DNA of 64,000 nt, taken from the NCBI RefSeq assembly GCF_001194135.2, contig NC_068984.1, positions 43,398,806-43,462,805 of the forward strand, read 5' to 3'. Positions within the stretch are counted from its first letter, which is position 1, and the number at the start of each line of letters is the position of its first letter. The translations under genes were made by a program, and so were the position numbers. This stretch comes from Octopus bimaculoides. Lineage: Eukaryota. The notes below the pieces were generated by a model, which was not told the DNA's origin, did not search any database, and saw only the letters and a list, made by a program, of their open reading frames with translations. Below, one piece after another: positions 1 through 13,034 of this stretch.

Positions 1-271
1 ATAGCATTTGTAACTGCATCCAGTTCTATTTAGCAATTCTGTTAAAGGTGTGAGTGCCAGGCAGAACAGGAGTGGAGAGAGCGTGTCTCCCTGGAATATT
101 CCTCTTCTAATGAGGATGGCTTTCGTTTTCACAAGTCCCTCTTTTGTTTGGAGCTGTAGCACTGTCTGCCATTTGTTCATTGAGTGCTCTATGTATTTTA
201 TGATAATTGGTGCCACCTTGTTTATGGCTAGTGTTTCCAGAATCCATGTGTGGGGAACACTGTCGAAAGCC
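1..271 (-). mobile_element. Non-LTR retrotransposon RT fragment (RLE type, R4/Dong-like), running off the window start
   Basis: Hand translation of the minus strand gives an open AFDSVPHTWILETLAINKVAPIIIKYIEHSMNKWQTVLQLQTKEGLVKTKAILIRRGIFQGDTLSPLLFCLALTPLTELLNRTG, containing the RT motifs AFDSV and GIFQGDTLSPLLF. The 5'-truncated end abuts (TAT)n at 272-308. Confidence 0.9.
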
Positions 272-308
<37 letters not shown>

Positions 309-545
309 GAGTGAGAGAGCAGTGCATGCCACCAAAGAGACACTGGAGTAAAATATACAAAGCCCAGTATACCCATCATGACTACCTGCCTATATGTGCA
401 CGACATGGTGATCTCATATCAAAATAAACAGCGCATAACCTCACAGGTGGGGGCCATGTTAGAATTTTATTCAGGTTGAGTAGCCCATCCTGCTCAAATG
501 TTCCTTGAATAAGGGTTGTTTAAGGATGTTGAACAAAACACCCAT
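309..545 (-). repeat. Interspersed repeat between two (TAT)n arrays; possibly the 3' UTR or a non-autonomous derivative of an RLE LINE
   Basis: Moderately GC-rich island that ends in a (TAA)n tail when read on the minus strand. The family assignment is from recollection only. Confidence 0.45.
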
Positions 546-581
546 GTTTATTATTATTGTTATTATTATTATTATTATTAC

Positions 582-635
<54 letters not shown>

Positions 636-651
636 TATCATTATTATCATT

Positions 652-1690
652 CCTTCGTAACACAGGCCTTCTATTCAGTGTTGATATTCCTCCTTAGTCC
701 ATTTGAAGATGGACGCATGATATCTGACTGCAACTGCCCAGATATTCATTGTGGTAATCACATTTTTGGCATTCAGGTTGAATTTCAACACCATCTTCAC
801 CCTTTTTTGATACACTTCGCTGACCTTGACTTTCATTTCTCTGTGTAGAATGTCATCCAACTCCAAAATCCCTAAATATCTATATTCACTATTGTTGGGT
901 TCACCCATGGTCTCTTCTGATGGTAACCGCAATCCTCTGCAGGCTGCTTACTTCCCTCTTTTCATATTAAGTACTGAGTATTTGGTAATCCCAAATTCCA
1001 TACCAATGTCCCTACCTCACTTCTGGACTGTTTTGGTTAAGGAATCTATCTGTTTTTCAGATTTCCTAAACAATTTCAGGTCATCTATAAACAGAAGACA
1101 GTTCAATGATAGGCTTTCTTGCCACATCGGTAACCCATCTTAACTTTCCTAAGTGTCATTGTCATGGATATTAGTGCAATTTCAAATAATAATGGAGAAA
1201 ACAAGTCACTTTACAATTTGGTTTTCCACTCTTTCATGCTATGCATCAGAAAAGTTTTGATGTTGTCAGCAACACCAAACATCTGCAGGCATTCAACGAT
1301 CCAAGAATGAGGCATCATATCATATGTCTTCTTAAAGTCAATCCAAGCAATAGACATGCTTGTATGATGTTTTTTTACAATGTCTCAAAACTGTTTTATC
1401 AATCACCAGATGATTCTTGGTACCCTGTGAACTCTCCCTACATCCTTTTTGTTCCCTTGGTAGTACTTCTTCCTGTGTCAGGAAAGTGTATGTCTTTGCT
1501 GTACATATTCCAGTGAATATCTTTCAGATTATGCTTAGGCATGCTATGGGATGGTAGTTTCTCACAATATTCCCCTTTCTTCTATCTTTCATTACAAGTG
1601 CTGTCCTCCTACTCACCATCCACATGGAGACTGTTCCTTTCTGGGCATATCTTAACAATCAAATCACTGACTCAATATCTTGAAGAACTT
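652..1690 (-). mobile_element. Decayed RLE-type (R4/Dong-like) LINE reverse transcriptase fragment
   Basis: Minus-strand pieces: AWID...(AY)DMMPHSWIVECLQMFGV at about 1260-1350; catalytic LLFIDDLKLF around 1080-1091; YRYLGILELDDILHREMKVKVSEVYQKRVKMVLKFNLNAKNVITTMNIWAVAV (ORF 675-932). Contains frameshifts and stops. Flanked by (TAT)n at 546-650. Confidence 0.85.
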
Positions 1691-1825
1691 AATTGAAAAT
1701 GTCCATGAATGGGTGCACTCAGCATCATCCTATAAAACTGTTTTTATTGAGGCAGTTACATACTATAATAAAACACTCAGCTATAATAGACTCTCCAATG
1801 AGATTATATTTATATATATATATGG

Positions 1826-2113
1826 TTGCCAGTGCCCCTGGACTGGCTCTTGTGCGTGTGGCACATAAAATACACCATTTTGAGCGAAGCTGTTGCCAGT
1901 ACCGACTGACTGGCCTTCGTGCTGGTGGCACGTAAAAGCACCCACTACACTCTCTGAGTGGTTGGCGTTAGGAAGGGTATCCAGCTGTAGAAACTCTGCC
2001 AAATCAGATTGGAGCCTGGTGTAGCCATCTGGTTTCACCAGTCCTCAGTCAAATCGTCCAACCCATGCTAGCATGGAAAGCGGACGTTAAACGACGATGA
2101 TGATGATGATGAT
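1826..2113 (+). mobile_element. SINE with RTE-type 3' tail ending in (GAT)n
   Basis: Ends ...ccaacccatgctagcatggaaagcggacgttaaacgacgatgatgat. The 3' part recurs almost identically on the minus strand at 23519-23648 and 54597-54716. Confidence 0.8.
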
Positions 2114-2439
2114 NNNNNNNNNNNNNNNNNNNNNNNNNNNNNNNNNNNNNNNNNNNNNNNNNNNNNNNNNNNNNNNNNNNNNNNNNNNNNNNNNNNNNNN
2201 NNNNNNNNNNNNNNNNNNNNNNNNNNNNNNNNNNNNNNNNNNNNNNNNNNNNNNNNNNNNNNNNNNNNNNNNNNNNNNNNNNNNNNNNNNNNTATATATA
2301 TATATATAAAGCATTGAAAACATGCAGTGAAGCATCAGGAATAAAAAGAAGTGTATCTTATGGTTCATCTTAGTATTTAATTAAGTAGTATGAACTAATA
2401 CAGCTAAGGAATTCCTTAATTTGATAGATTACCATTTTC

Positions 2440-3010
2440 TGCTGAGGTATAAATATAGCAAGATATTAAATTGCAACTGTATTAAGGTTACATATTCAGG
2501 GAGTAAAAAGTTTGGTTATTATATCAGAGGTATAAATGCTGCAAGTCTGAATGAAACAGATAGAGGAATAGCTGATGCACACCAATCATGCAACTTCAGT
2601 ATTCATGAGAATTGCCTGCTTGATGGTAACTGTATGGCATTATTGATTGTATACAACATTAAAGTAGAAACAACAACAGAGACAAATCTCAAGTAACTGA
2701 ATTTGCATTAAAAAATCGATTTTATAGGGACAAACATCCATTTGTTGGTCCTGAACAAAAATGTGCTATGGCTTTGTTGAAATTGATATGGTTCTTATAT
2801 GTAGCAAGTCTTCAAGAATTCAATTATCTGGTCAATTGTAGATAAGGTGCAAGCAGTTGGGAACGGTAGGTTCAAAGCAAAAATGTGGTGTGACCTTTGA
2901 TCAAAAAATCAAGAATTTTGTTTCAAGGAAGTAATGGTTTGAACAAAAGAACAGAATTATTAGCACCTTGTATGCATGAAGTTAAAAGCATCTTCTGTGT
3001 AAGTATCAGC
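2440..3010 (+). mobile_element. Decayed Penelope-like element, C-terminal/GIY-YIG region
   Basis: KILNCNCIKVTYS resembles KIFNRNTVKVSYS; NCLLDGNCMALLIVYNIKV resembles CPLDGNCLxxxIVYKAxV; followed by LLKLIW and IWSIVDK remnants. Confidence 0.6.
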
Positions 3011-3504
3011 CTTCTAGAATTCTGACTTGGTTCAGAGAAAAAGCATTGATTTTGAAGTGTTTTTGGAAAATTGTTTTTAAAAAAATTTCTTAAACAACAA
3101 CAGAATTTTATTAGAGAACAGTTCTTAAAGTGACCTTCTTTGTTTGATGTTTAAATTCCAAATGCAATGCTAAGTAAAGGAAAAAGAAAAAAAGACATTT
3201 GGTGTATTCCCACAAGAGCCATAAATGAAATGTAAAATGTAAAATTATATAAGTCTTGCATAATTTAAAAAACGTTTTCTTGATAGCTTTCATATAATAT
3301 TTCAAAATACATTCAAATATCAGATAATTTAAGTGAAAACAGTCTCAGATTACCAACTGAATGGGTGGAAATATGAAACTCAGAGAACTGGCAATTTACA
3401 GCTTTTCAGTTGTAACATATTAAAGAATATATTGTTTACATATTGAGTTCTGTAATTTATCGCTTCTTGGGAAATCACCAGAAAATTTATGTATATATAT
3501 ATAC

Positions 3505-3538
<34 letters not shown>

Positions 3539-3540
3539 AC

Positions 3541-3583
<43 letters not shown>

Positions 3584-3606
3584 NNNNNNNNNNNNNNNNN
3601 NNNNNN

Positions 3607-3662
<56 letters not shown>

Positions 3663-3799
3663 TATATACATACATACATACATTTACATACATACATGCA
3701 TACATACACACACACACACACACACATCTATATATATCTTCACAGTGATGAAAAAAGTATGCATATATATATGTATATATCATCCTCATCATCATCGTC

Positions 3800-4640
3800 A
3801 TCATCATCATAATCATTTAACGTCCATTTTCCATGCTAGCATGGGTTGGATGGTTTGACAGGAGCTGAATGACTGAAGGGCTGTTCAGGCTCCATGTCTG
3901 CTTTGACATGGTTTCTACAGCTGGATGCCTGTCTTAACACCAACCACTTTACAGAGTATACCGGGTGCTTTTTACATGACACTAGCCTGCAAGGTTAGGG
4001 ATACTCAGCTGGAGAGAGTTGCAGAAGATGAACCTGTATGCAAGAGCAACCATACTTTTGCTTAGCTTGACGTGTTTTTTTTCAAGCACAGCAAACTGCC
4101 ACGAGTCTCAATTCCCTGTCATCCTCTTTGTGAGTCCCAATGTCTGCAGATCCTTTCTCTTCACTTTGTCCCACATCTTGGGTCTACCCCTTCCACATGT
4201 TCCATTTACAATTAGAAACGGTCACCTCTTGATGCAACTGTCTTCATTCATATGCATTACATGGCCATACCAGTGCAGTCTTCTCTCTTGCACACTACGT
4301 CAGATACTATGTATACCCAGTTTTTCTCTCGAAATCACTTACACTCTGTCATAATGCACACTGACATTACCAATCCAGTGAAGCATACTGGTTTCATTTC
4401 TTTCAAGTCTTTGCATGTCTTCAGTAGTCACAGCCCATATCTCACTGTCACATAGCTTAGCTGTTTGTACACAGACATTGTACAATCTGCCTTTCATTAC
4501 CAACAGAGGTATTAGCTCTCTGAACTTTTCCCAGCCTATTCTTATTCTAGCAGCTATGCTTTCAGAACAACCACCCACACTGCTAACATGGTCATCTAAG
4601 TAACAAAAACTGTCTACTACTTCTAGGGATCCCCTCTGAC
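3800..4640 (-). mobile_element. RTE-clade LINE 3' fragment with its (GAT)n tail
   Basis: ORF 4339-4578: GGCSESIAARIRIGWEKFRELIPLL...RLYNVCVQTAKLCDSEIWAVTTEDMQRLERNETSMLHW. It continues to a catgctagcatggaaaatggacgttaaatgat tail at about 3800-3845. Confidence 0.85.
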
Positions 4641-4659
4641 ATATGAGGAAGTCTATGTT

Positions 4660-5109
4660 TGTACGTTGGTTTGTACATGGTTCTGAGTTCAGTCCTACTG
4701 TGTAGCACCTAGGGCAAGTGCCTTCTACTATAGCCTTGGGCCGACCAAAGCCTTGTGAGTGGATTTGATAGATGGAAACTGAAAGAAGCCCGACGCATAT
4801 ATATATCTGTTAAAGATTGTCATACCGGCCATGACGAAGGGAAATAGCCCTGAAACTCGAGTCGCCTTTATATATATATATTTATATTTATATATTTATA
4901 TATTTGATCCTTTATATTGAACACTCAATATTTCATCTACATTCAATACTTTATTTCATGGTGCCATCCATTTTTATTTTATTTTATATTATATATTGTA
5001 TATTATATTATATATTGTATATTCCATATTCTATACCCCACATTAGTTCTGCAGGAATATAAATAAAACATAAAAAACAGACAGTGTTGGAACTCTTTTA
5101 AGCAAAATA

Positions 5110-5177
<68 letters not shown>

Positions 5178-5390
5178 GTGTTTTGTCCCCCTTCCACTAC
5201 ATGACAACCAGTGTTGGTGTGTTTATGTCCCCATAACTTAGTGGTTAGGCAAAAGGAATCAATAGAATAAGTACCAGGCTTTAAAAAGAAGTACTGGGGT
5301 TGATACATTCAACTATAAATTCCTCACGGTGATGACCCAGCATGACCACAGTCTAATGACTAAACCAAGTGAAAGATAAAATACAAAAGA
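4660..5390 (+). mobile_element. tRNA-derived SINE split by an insertion inside its internal (TA)/(TG) tract
   Basis: 5' part (gggcaagtgccttctactatagccttgggccgaccaaagccttgtgagtgg) lies at 4660-4800. 3' part (tttgtccccc...cagcatgaccacagtctaatgactaaaccaagt) lies at 5170-5390 and resembles 9540-9800 and 57080-57190. Confidence 0.65.
4827..4866 (+). ncRNA. Minimal type I hammerhead ribozyme motif of the Penelope type, with a 1-nt insertion in the core
   Basis: Reads GGC-C(A)TGACGA-AGGG aaatag CCCT-GAAA-CTCGAGTC-GCC. Stem I is GGC/GCC, stem II is AGGG/CCCT, stem III is the palindrome ACTCGAGT, and the cleavage triplet is GTC at 4861-4863. Confidence 0.6.
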
Positions 5391-6478
5391 TATATACATA
5401 TATACATATATACATATATACATATATACATACACTATCCTTCATCACTAACACCAATTTTAATGTAAGGTTCATGATACTTGTGGGGTTGGGGGTGACC
5501 TTTCAGTATATAGGTGTTCTCATGGATATTTGTTCTTAAACCCTTTTTTTATTGCCTTTAAGATTACAATGAGCAGGAGGTGGCTGATGACTGAGCCTTG
5601 AAAGACTTACCAGCATGATAAATTCATCTCTCAATTCATTGCTGACTCTTATTTTGTTAACTGCAACTCTGTCTATAACTCACACAGCACTCAAAGGCCA
5701 TTCATCAACACCTAGTTTCCTTAGCAACTACTAGATTAAAGAGTAAGGCATGTTGTCAAAGGACTTCTTCAAGCCAATGACTGCTAGATATAGTGGCTCC
5801 TGACACTGAAAGTTTTAATTTAAATCTGAAGACTTCAATGATGAGATTTGTGTTAGAAACCACAAGTAAGATAGACTGATATCAAAAGGGTTAAAATTGA
5901 ACTTAACACAAAATGGTACAATTTCAGCCTAAAACCTTTGAAATACTAGATTGTAGATGTTTGCATTTAATTATCTCAGATTTAATTATCTCACATTTAA
6001 TTATCAAACAGTAATTCTACTTACTGTTGATCAGGAAGTGTTTTGACTATGTTCCTAAACTTACCCATTAGTGTCTCATATTTAAGATATGCCAAAGACT
6101 GTCTTTAAGCCTCAAAGCAAAATTCTTGTTCTCCAAAGCAACTAATCATTTCTTTATCATACTAACAATTATGTTTCTGTCTGGCTTCAGTGATTACTTT
6201 ACATATAATTTGTACAGCATTTTACTTCATCTTTAAATCAATAAATGGTGAATACTATTGGATATGAAGCAAGCACTTAGTCAGCTAAGCCTGTATGATA
6301 CATACATACATACATGCATACAAACATACATACACACACACACACACANNNNNNNNNNNNNNNNNNNNNNNNNNNNNNNNNNNNNNNNNNNNNNNNNNNN
6401 NNNNNNNNNNNNNNNNNNNNNNNNNNNNNNNNNNNNNNNNNNNNNNNNNNNNNTATATATATATATATATATATATGC

Positions 6479-6511
<33 letters not shown>

Positions 6512-6669
6512 TGTATATATACACACGTATACATACATACATACATGCATACAAACATACATACACACACACACACACACAAATTCTACATTTGTATCGA
6601 CTTATTTATTCAGACAATGTTCATTATTTTTATGCATATAAAATCACTTATTTTGAGCCTACAAATATA

Positions 6670-6722
<53 letters not shown>

Positions 6723-6734
6723 GTGTGTATGAGT

Positions 6735-7220
6735 TCAGTGTATGTCATTACAGGAAAGAAGTTTACCCATCTATATTGAAAGAGCTGCTGGGAAAGGCAC
6801 TTACTTTTGCAAGGGGCTTCACTGACATAAGTGATAGAGACATTGATGTAGTTATGCATACCATAAAAACACTGCTGTTTAATAAAGGCTTGACCTAGAT
6901 GGCACAAACTGACCCAGTGGGCTCTTTTGATGTAGTGATGGAAGCCTGCGACAGGGTGAGCATCTGTGAACTTATAGAACTGTATATTTCAAACAATTTA
7001 AAGAAGAGGTTTCCATCAGTTCTCTTTGGTCTCTACAGAGATGATGCTCTGGCCATCTCTAGGGGAGCTAACAGGCATACCCTTGATAAGCTTAGGAAGG
7101 ATCTAATTAGTGCCCTTAGCTCCATGGGGCTCAAGATAACAATCAAGACCAACCTCACTTTTTTAGATGTTACGTTAGACTTGAGATCCTGTTCTTACAA
7201 ACCCTACCACAAACCAAACA
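6735..7220 (+). mobile_element. Penelope-like element reverse transcriptase fragment
   Basis: YPSILKELLGKAL...SFDVVMEACDRVSICELIELYI...FGLYRDDALAI...FLDVTLDL...YKPYHKPN. The YRDD motif is at 7034-7045, with an internal stop near 6898. Confidence 0.88.
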
Positions 7221-7340
7221 AGAGGTTGTCACACATGGTGAAAGGAGTCTCACCCATAAGGGGCAGTAGCAGGATGGGTTGAAATTGCCATTGTACCAAA
7301 TGAAGATTAATATCAAACCCATCTTCTGGTTACTTAAGAA

Positions 7341-7392
<52 letters not shown>

Positions 7393-8989
7393 CATATACA
7401 TACACACACACACACACACACACANNNNNNNNNNNNNNNNNNNNNNNNNNNNNNNNNNNNNNNNNNNNNNNNNNNNNNNNNNNNNNNNNNNNNNNNNNNN
7501 NNNNNNNNNNNNNNNNNNNNNNNNNNNNNNNNNNNNNNNNNNNNNNNNNNNNNNNNNNNNNNNNNNNNNNNNNNNNNNNNNNNNNNNNNNNNNNNNNNNN
7601 NNNNNNNNNNNNNNNNNNNNNNNNNNNNNNNNNNNNNNNNNNNNNNNNNNNNNNNNNNNNNNNNNNNNNNNNNNNNNNNNNNNNNNNNNNNNNNNNNNNN
7701 NNNNNNNNNNNNNNNNNNNNNNNNNNNNNNNNNNNNNNNNNNNNNNNNNNNNNNNNNNNNNNNNNNNNNNNNNNNNNNNNNNNNNNNNNNNNNNNNNNNN
7801 NNNNNNNNNNNNNNNNNNNNNNNNNNNNNNNNNNNNNNNNNNNNNNNNNNNNNNNNNNNNNNNNNNNNNNNNNNNNNNNNNNNNNNNNNNNNNNNNNNNN
7901 NNNNNNNNNNNNNNNNNNNNNNNNNNNNNNNNNNNNNNNNNNNNNNNNNNNNNNNNNNNNNNNNNNNNNNNNNNNNNNNNNNNNNNNNNNNNNNNNNNNN
8001 NNNNNNNNNNNNNNNNNNNNNNNNNNNNNNNNNNNNNNNNNNNNNNNNNNNNNNNNNNNNNNNNNNNNNNNNNNNNNNNNNNNNNNNNNNNNNNNNNNNN
8101 NNNNNNNNNNNNNNNNNNNNNNNNNNNNNNNNNNNNNNNNNNNNNNNNNNNNNNNNNNNNNNNNNNNNNNNNNNNNNNNNNNNATGATATATGAGCATAT
8201 GCGTGTATACATACATATATGTACATACCTACATCTATATGTATATACAGATGCATATCCAGGTACAGGACATCAAAAAAGGAACAGGAATATACACAAA
8301 GCACAAAAAACGTACTTTTTTTTACGGACAACAGAATGAACACAAGAAAACAGACGAGCCACTTATGGAACTTTTCCTTCATCAGCTGCCTCTATTCTAA
8401 ACTAGGCGTTGATGGACTCTCCTGTTGAAGATGACATATGAGTGTTCAGCTTTTGCCAAATGACCTGCACAAATGATTTGTTTATAATGATCAAGTGTGC
8501 TGTACGTACTGTACATTAGCTCTCTCTCTCCCTCCATCAAATCAATGTTGCCTAAACAGGTGCATGGTGTACCATATGTCAGCTTTGAAGTGATCACAGA
8601 GCAATGTGAGATGAAGACAAGATCATACTGGCTCCTTGCACAACTCTGTGGCTTACCAGTTCCAGTCAAACTGTCTAATCCATGCCAACATGGAAAGCAG
8701 ATGCTAAATAGTAATATATATATATATGACAAGTGATCATGACTTTTGGCGATTTGCTGTGCTTGAGAAGACTCATCAAGCCACATGAAACCGTATTTGT
8801 GGCTGGTGCTGGTGACTTGTAACAGCATTTGTGGTGGTGATGTGTAATATCACCAGTGTCAGTGACACATAAAAGCATCCATGCCAGTGACATATAAAAG
8901 GCTCCCACTACACTCTCAAAGTGGATGGAGTTAGGAAGGGCATCTGACCATAAAAACCATGCCAAAACAAATCTTTTCTCTAAGAGTGA

Positions 8990-9420
8990 AGGACAGATTG
9001 TATGATGTTTGTGTCAGGACTACAGTTGTACATGGTAGTGAGACAAGGGTCTGGAAAGCAAGAGGATTTGAGAAGACTGGAAAGAAATGAAGCAACCATT
9101 CTCCATTGGATGTGCAATGTGAGTGTGCATGAAAGAATTAGTACAAAGATGGTGAATGCAAAACTGAATATAAGAGTAATTAGCTGTTGAGCTCAATAAA
9201 GAAGACTGCACTGGTATGGACATGTGATGCATCTGGATGAGGAGAGCCATATAAAGAAGTTCCATTCACTTAATGTGGCTGGAACTTGTGGAGGAGGGAA
9301 ACTCAGGAAGACATGGGATGAAGTGGTGAAGTCTGACCACAAGATCCTGAGCCTGATGAAGGAGATGACAAAGGATAGGGATCTCTGGTGAATTGAGGTC
9401 CTCAAAAAGACTTGATCTCC
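8990..9420 (+). mobile_element. RTE-clade LINE 3' ORF fragment
   Basis: EDLRRLERNEATILHWMCNVSV...RRLHWYGHVMHLDEES...GKLRKTWDEVVKSD. Homologous to the copy at 4030-4640 but in the opposite orientation. Confidence 0.85.
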
Positions 9421-10104
9421 TGGAAATATTATGTCTTGGGTTATCCAACCCTTACAGTGACTCTCACTTCACCTCATACATTATTATGCCTTCTTCTTCC
9501 ACTCCCCAACAGCTGTTACAGACTGCCCAGTCATGTCATACCTCTCTCTTGTCCTTCCCCTGTGTCTTTCCATCTGCTTGACAATCAGTGATGGTTTTTT
9601 TCATGTCCCTGCAACTTGGCAGTTCAGCAAAAGAGTCCAAAAGAATAAGCAGTAGACTTTAAAAAAAAACAAAAAAACATGTACTTGTGTTGATTTGTTC
9701 AACACCAGTACATATTGCTAGGGCATTGCCTTGAAATCTTTCAAGGTAGTGCTCCAGCATGGTTGCAGTCCAATGACTGAAACATTAAAAAAATATATAA
9801 ATAAACAAATAAATAAATAAATAAGACCACAAGTATGTAGCTTACGTGCTTATTTGGAGTGCTTGCAGACACAGGTACATACACATAAAGTGTAGCTGAT
9901 ACTGTCAAAAAATGACTAACAATGGAAACGTTCCATAACACACTTCAGTTATTTATAAAAAATGTTTTTTTACTGGTTTCAGTTATTGGACTATGGCCAT
10001 GTTTGGGCACTACCTGCATTCTAGAGTATAGTCGATTACTTAAGTTCCAGTATTTATTTTAGTGATCTTAGAGGTGTGAAAGGCAAAGTGTGTCTGGTAG
10101 AGAT

Positions 10105-10765
10105 TTAGATTCTTTATTTTATAAATTTTGCCATAAAGGCATTACATAGAGGGGACAAACAAAGACAAACAGACATAAAGAAGCTGCAGGCTGGACACAG
10201 ACATTAATGAATGAAATGAATACAAAAAGATGAGCAAAAAATGGGAGAGTCACTGGTGCCCACCGACCGATAACCCCTCAAAAACCTTGTTCAATACAAA
10301 TCATCATTACAACAAAATCAAATCAAATCAAATTCTATAGTCCTCTACATCTGAGCCCCCAAGCAAGAATCCTGCTGCCTGTAGGAAAGCCCGCATTGGC
10401 TGGCTCGACTTCATGGGGACGAAGTCCTTCTTGTCGTAAATCCTTTCAATTTCATTTCCTTCACTGACATATGTGATCTCTGCACACACCTGTGGAGGCT
10501 AGCTTGGATGGTCTATATCGGTCGAATCGTAATATTGTCGATCCAAACACGTATCCAAATAAAGCTTAATGGGGCCTCCCTTGAGGTAACAGAGGATAAT
10601 CTCTGCTTCCTAGTCACCGGGAGGGACCGTGGCCTACTCTGCCAGTGGTACAGTTCCCACTGGCAGAGCCTCCCGCTCCAGTGGCACACTAACTACCGGA
10701 GGGGCCTCAGGTTCGACCGGCGGCACAGTGAGATCCGGCGTCTGTCTCCTGTTTCTTTTTTTTTG
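10105..10765 (-). mobile_element. GC/CpG-rich LINE-derived fragment, possibly a Tx1/L1-like internally deleted copy
   Basis: CpG-rich island in AT-rich DNA. The minus strand reads as a stop-interrupted frame (TPDLTVPPVEPEAPPVVSVPLEREALP...) and ends ...tgtttgtcccctctatgtaatgcc. The clade assignment is from memory. Confidence 0.35.
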
Positions 10766-11047
10766 GGATTCTTAATATAAATGGATGTTACTAAATACCT
10801 CTAGGTATTTTTTTTTTACCTATGCTCTATCTCTTTTGATGATCAGGCATAAATGAGCTGATGAGAGAGCTTCTATGTGATTGTTTGGTTTTCTAGAAAT
10901 AACTGTTAAATCTCTCTGAAGTTAGATCCTGCCATCTGTAAGAAAATAAGGACATGTACAAGTATGTGCCGGGTTTCCTGCATGTAGGAAAAAAAAAATC
11001 ACAGATGGTTAGCTTTGATTGTATGTCTGCCCTATTGATGCTAATCC

Positions 11048-11121
11048 TCAACAACAACAACAACAACAGCAGCAGCAGCAACAACAACAACAACAGCAAC
11101 AACAACAACAGCAGCAGCAGC

Positions 11122-11156
<35 letters not shown>

Positions 11157-11157
11157 C
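11048..11157 (+). repeat. (CAA/CAG)n trinucleotide repeat
   Basis: Read directly; it explains the poly-Q, poly-N and poly-L pseudo-ORFs. Confidence 0.95.
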
Positions 11158-11874
11158 TGTGTGTAATATTGATGCAAAAAGAAAACAAGTCAATTTTCTT
11201 GGAAAGAATTAGTGAATTTTATTTAGAAACCAGTGCGTCTATATCATTTGAGAAGCAATAGAAACATAAAACTGGGGATTTTTGAAGAGGAAACTAATTT
11301 ATAAATTGTGGTTAGGTTTAGAGTTGTCAACAATATAATAATAGTAAAAACAAACAAACAAACAAACAAACAAACAAGGGTTTGCAAGAATGCATAGGGT
11401 GAGGATTTTGGGGAACAATGGCATGGTTAACTCGAGTTAAATCATGTTAGGCTGGATCTGCACAAGGATGCATGAGTGGGAATTAAAAAAAAAATTAAAA
11501 AGAAAAACAAAATATAACAAAAACAAACAAACAAACATTAGACAGATAAACAGACAAACAAGTGAACAGATTGATAGGAAGAATTTGAAATGGGTAGAGA
11601 GAGATTAAGGGGGCAGGAAGGGACAAGGGTTAGGGTTAGGGTTAGTGAAGTTTTTTGAGATGGTGATGAGAGCAATGTTGATGACAAGCCTGAGAAGTTA
11701 AGCAGCAGTAGCAGTGAAAGATAAATATGAAAGAAGTTTGGAAGGGTCCCCCCTAGAAAAGAAAAAAAAGCTGATGGGATGGGAGTCTTAAAGAATTATA
11801 ATTTACCTGTCAGTTCCAGAGACAAGTAGTGGTGGAGGTGGTGGTAGATTGTAAAGGTTTGGAGGTCCAGTTTT

Positions 11875-12330
11875 TGAATTTCAATGATAGCAAAACAATT
11901 TTTTAAAAATACAGAATTGCTTAAAGAACTTGAAAGTTTCCGGAAGAAAATCTCCAAGAATCCAAGAAAAATATAAGGAAAGAAACAAAACTGAAATTGT
12001 AGAATTTTTTTTTTACTGAATATTATTTTTTAAAAATTTGACAGATAATTTCAAATAATTATAACAAGAATAATGATGTTGATAACAGTAATAATGATGA
12101 TATTTCATTGACAACTATACAATTTCAAAAATATTCTTCTGATGATACAGAATTGTTTATAGAACTTGGAGTTGCCAGGAAAATTTTTTCCATGAATCCA
12201 AGTTTTGTAAAAAAAAAAAACAATTAAAAGAAAAAAGAGAAAAACTTAACTGTAGGATGTTTTTAATTGAATGATATATTAAAAAAAAAATTGACAGATA
12301 ATTTCAAACAGTTATAACAATAATGATGTT
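11875..12330. repeat. Diverged tandem duplication with a unit of about 240-250 bp
   Basis: atacagaattg occurs at 11909 and 12145; ttgacagataatttcaaa occurs at 12038 and 12291. Confidence 0.75.
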
Positions 12331-12992
12331 TATGGGGAAGATGGTGATGATCTCATAGAATTCCTTGTATGAACGAATATATATAAATTTCTAGCTATGC
12401 TAACTGATTTGGGAGGTCGTGAAACTCTAGGAATATGAGCAGTGGATGGATAGATGGGTGGGTGATAGAGGAACAAAAAAGGGCTGGTGAAGAAGGAGGG
12501 TTTGTTTCCAACAAGTAGCTGAAATGACTTGCAAGACAGTCTTTTAGCTGTTGCAATCTTCCAGTTGACAAAGATTGTCAGTGGCATTCACACCCATAAA
12601 GAAGTAGAAGTGGAAGATTGTAGATGGAAATGGTGAAAAGTAAGGGAGCAATAAGGAGAGGATGAGTGAGAGGGAGAGAGAAATAGAGGATAAGGGAAAG
12701 AGACAGGGGGAAGTCAGGAGGATGGGAAGGGAAAGTAGAAGAAAGGAAGGAAGGAAGGAAGTGCAGTGGTGCAGCAGAGGGGAGCTAGGAGGTGGTAGTG
12801 GTAGTAGGGAATCTGTAAGGTAACAACCACAAGGCATAGCAGGCAGAAGGTTGGGGATGGAGGAAGAAAAATAAAAAAAACAAGCTTTTCAAACATAAAA
12901 TATATATATTATATAATATATATATGTATACACACACACATGCACACACACATACATACAGATATATATATATATATATACATATACAAATG

Positions 12993-13034
<42 letters not shown>

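Noticed and set aside
6301-6579. Identical stretch of about 48 bp on both sides of an N-gap
   Set aside because: Probably overlapping contig ends around the gap, i.e. an assembly artefact.
10862-10925. CTGATGA motifs here and at about 5585, 8380 (minus), 48914 and 59200 as hammerheads
   Set aside because: They lack a properly placed GAAA, or stems II and III do not pair.
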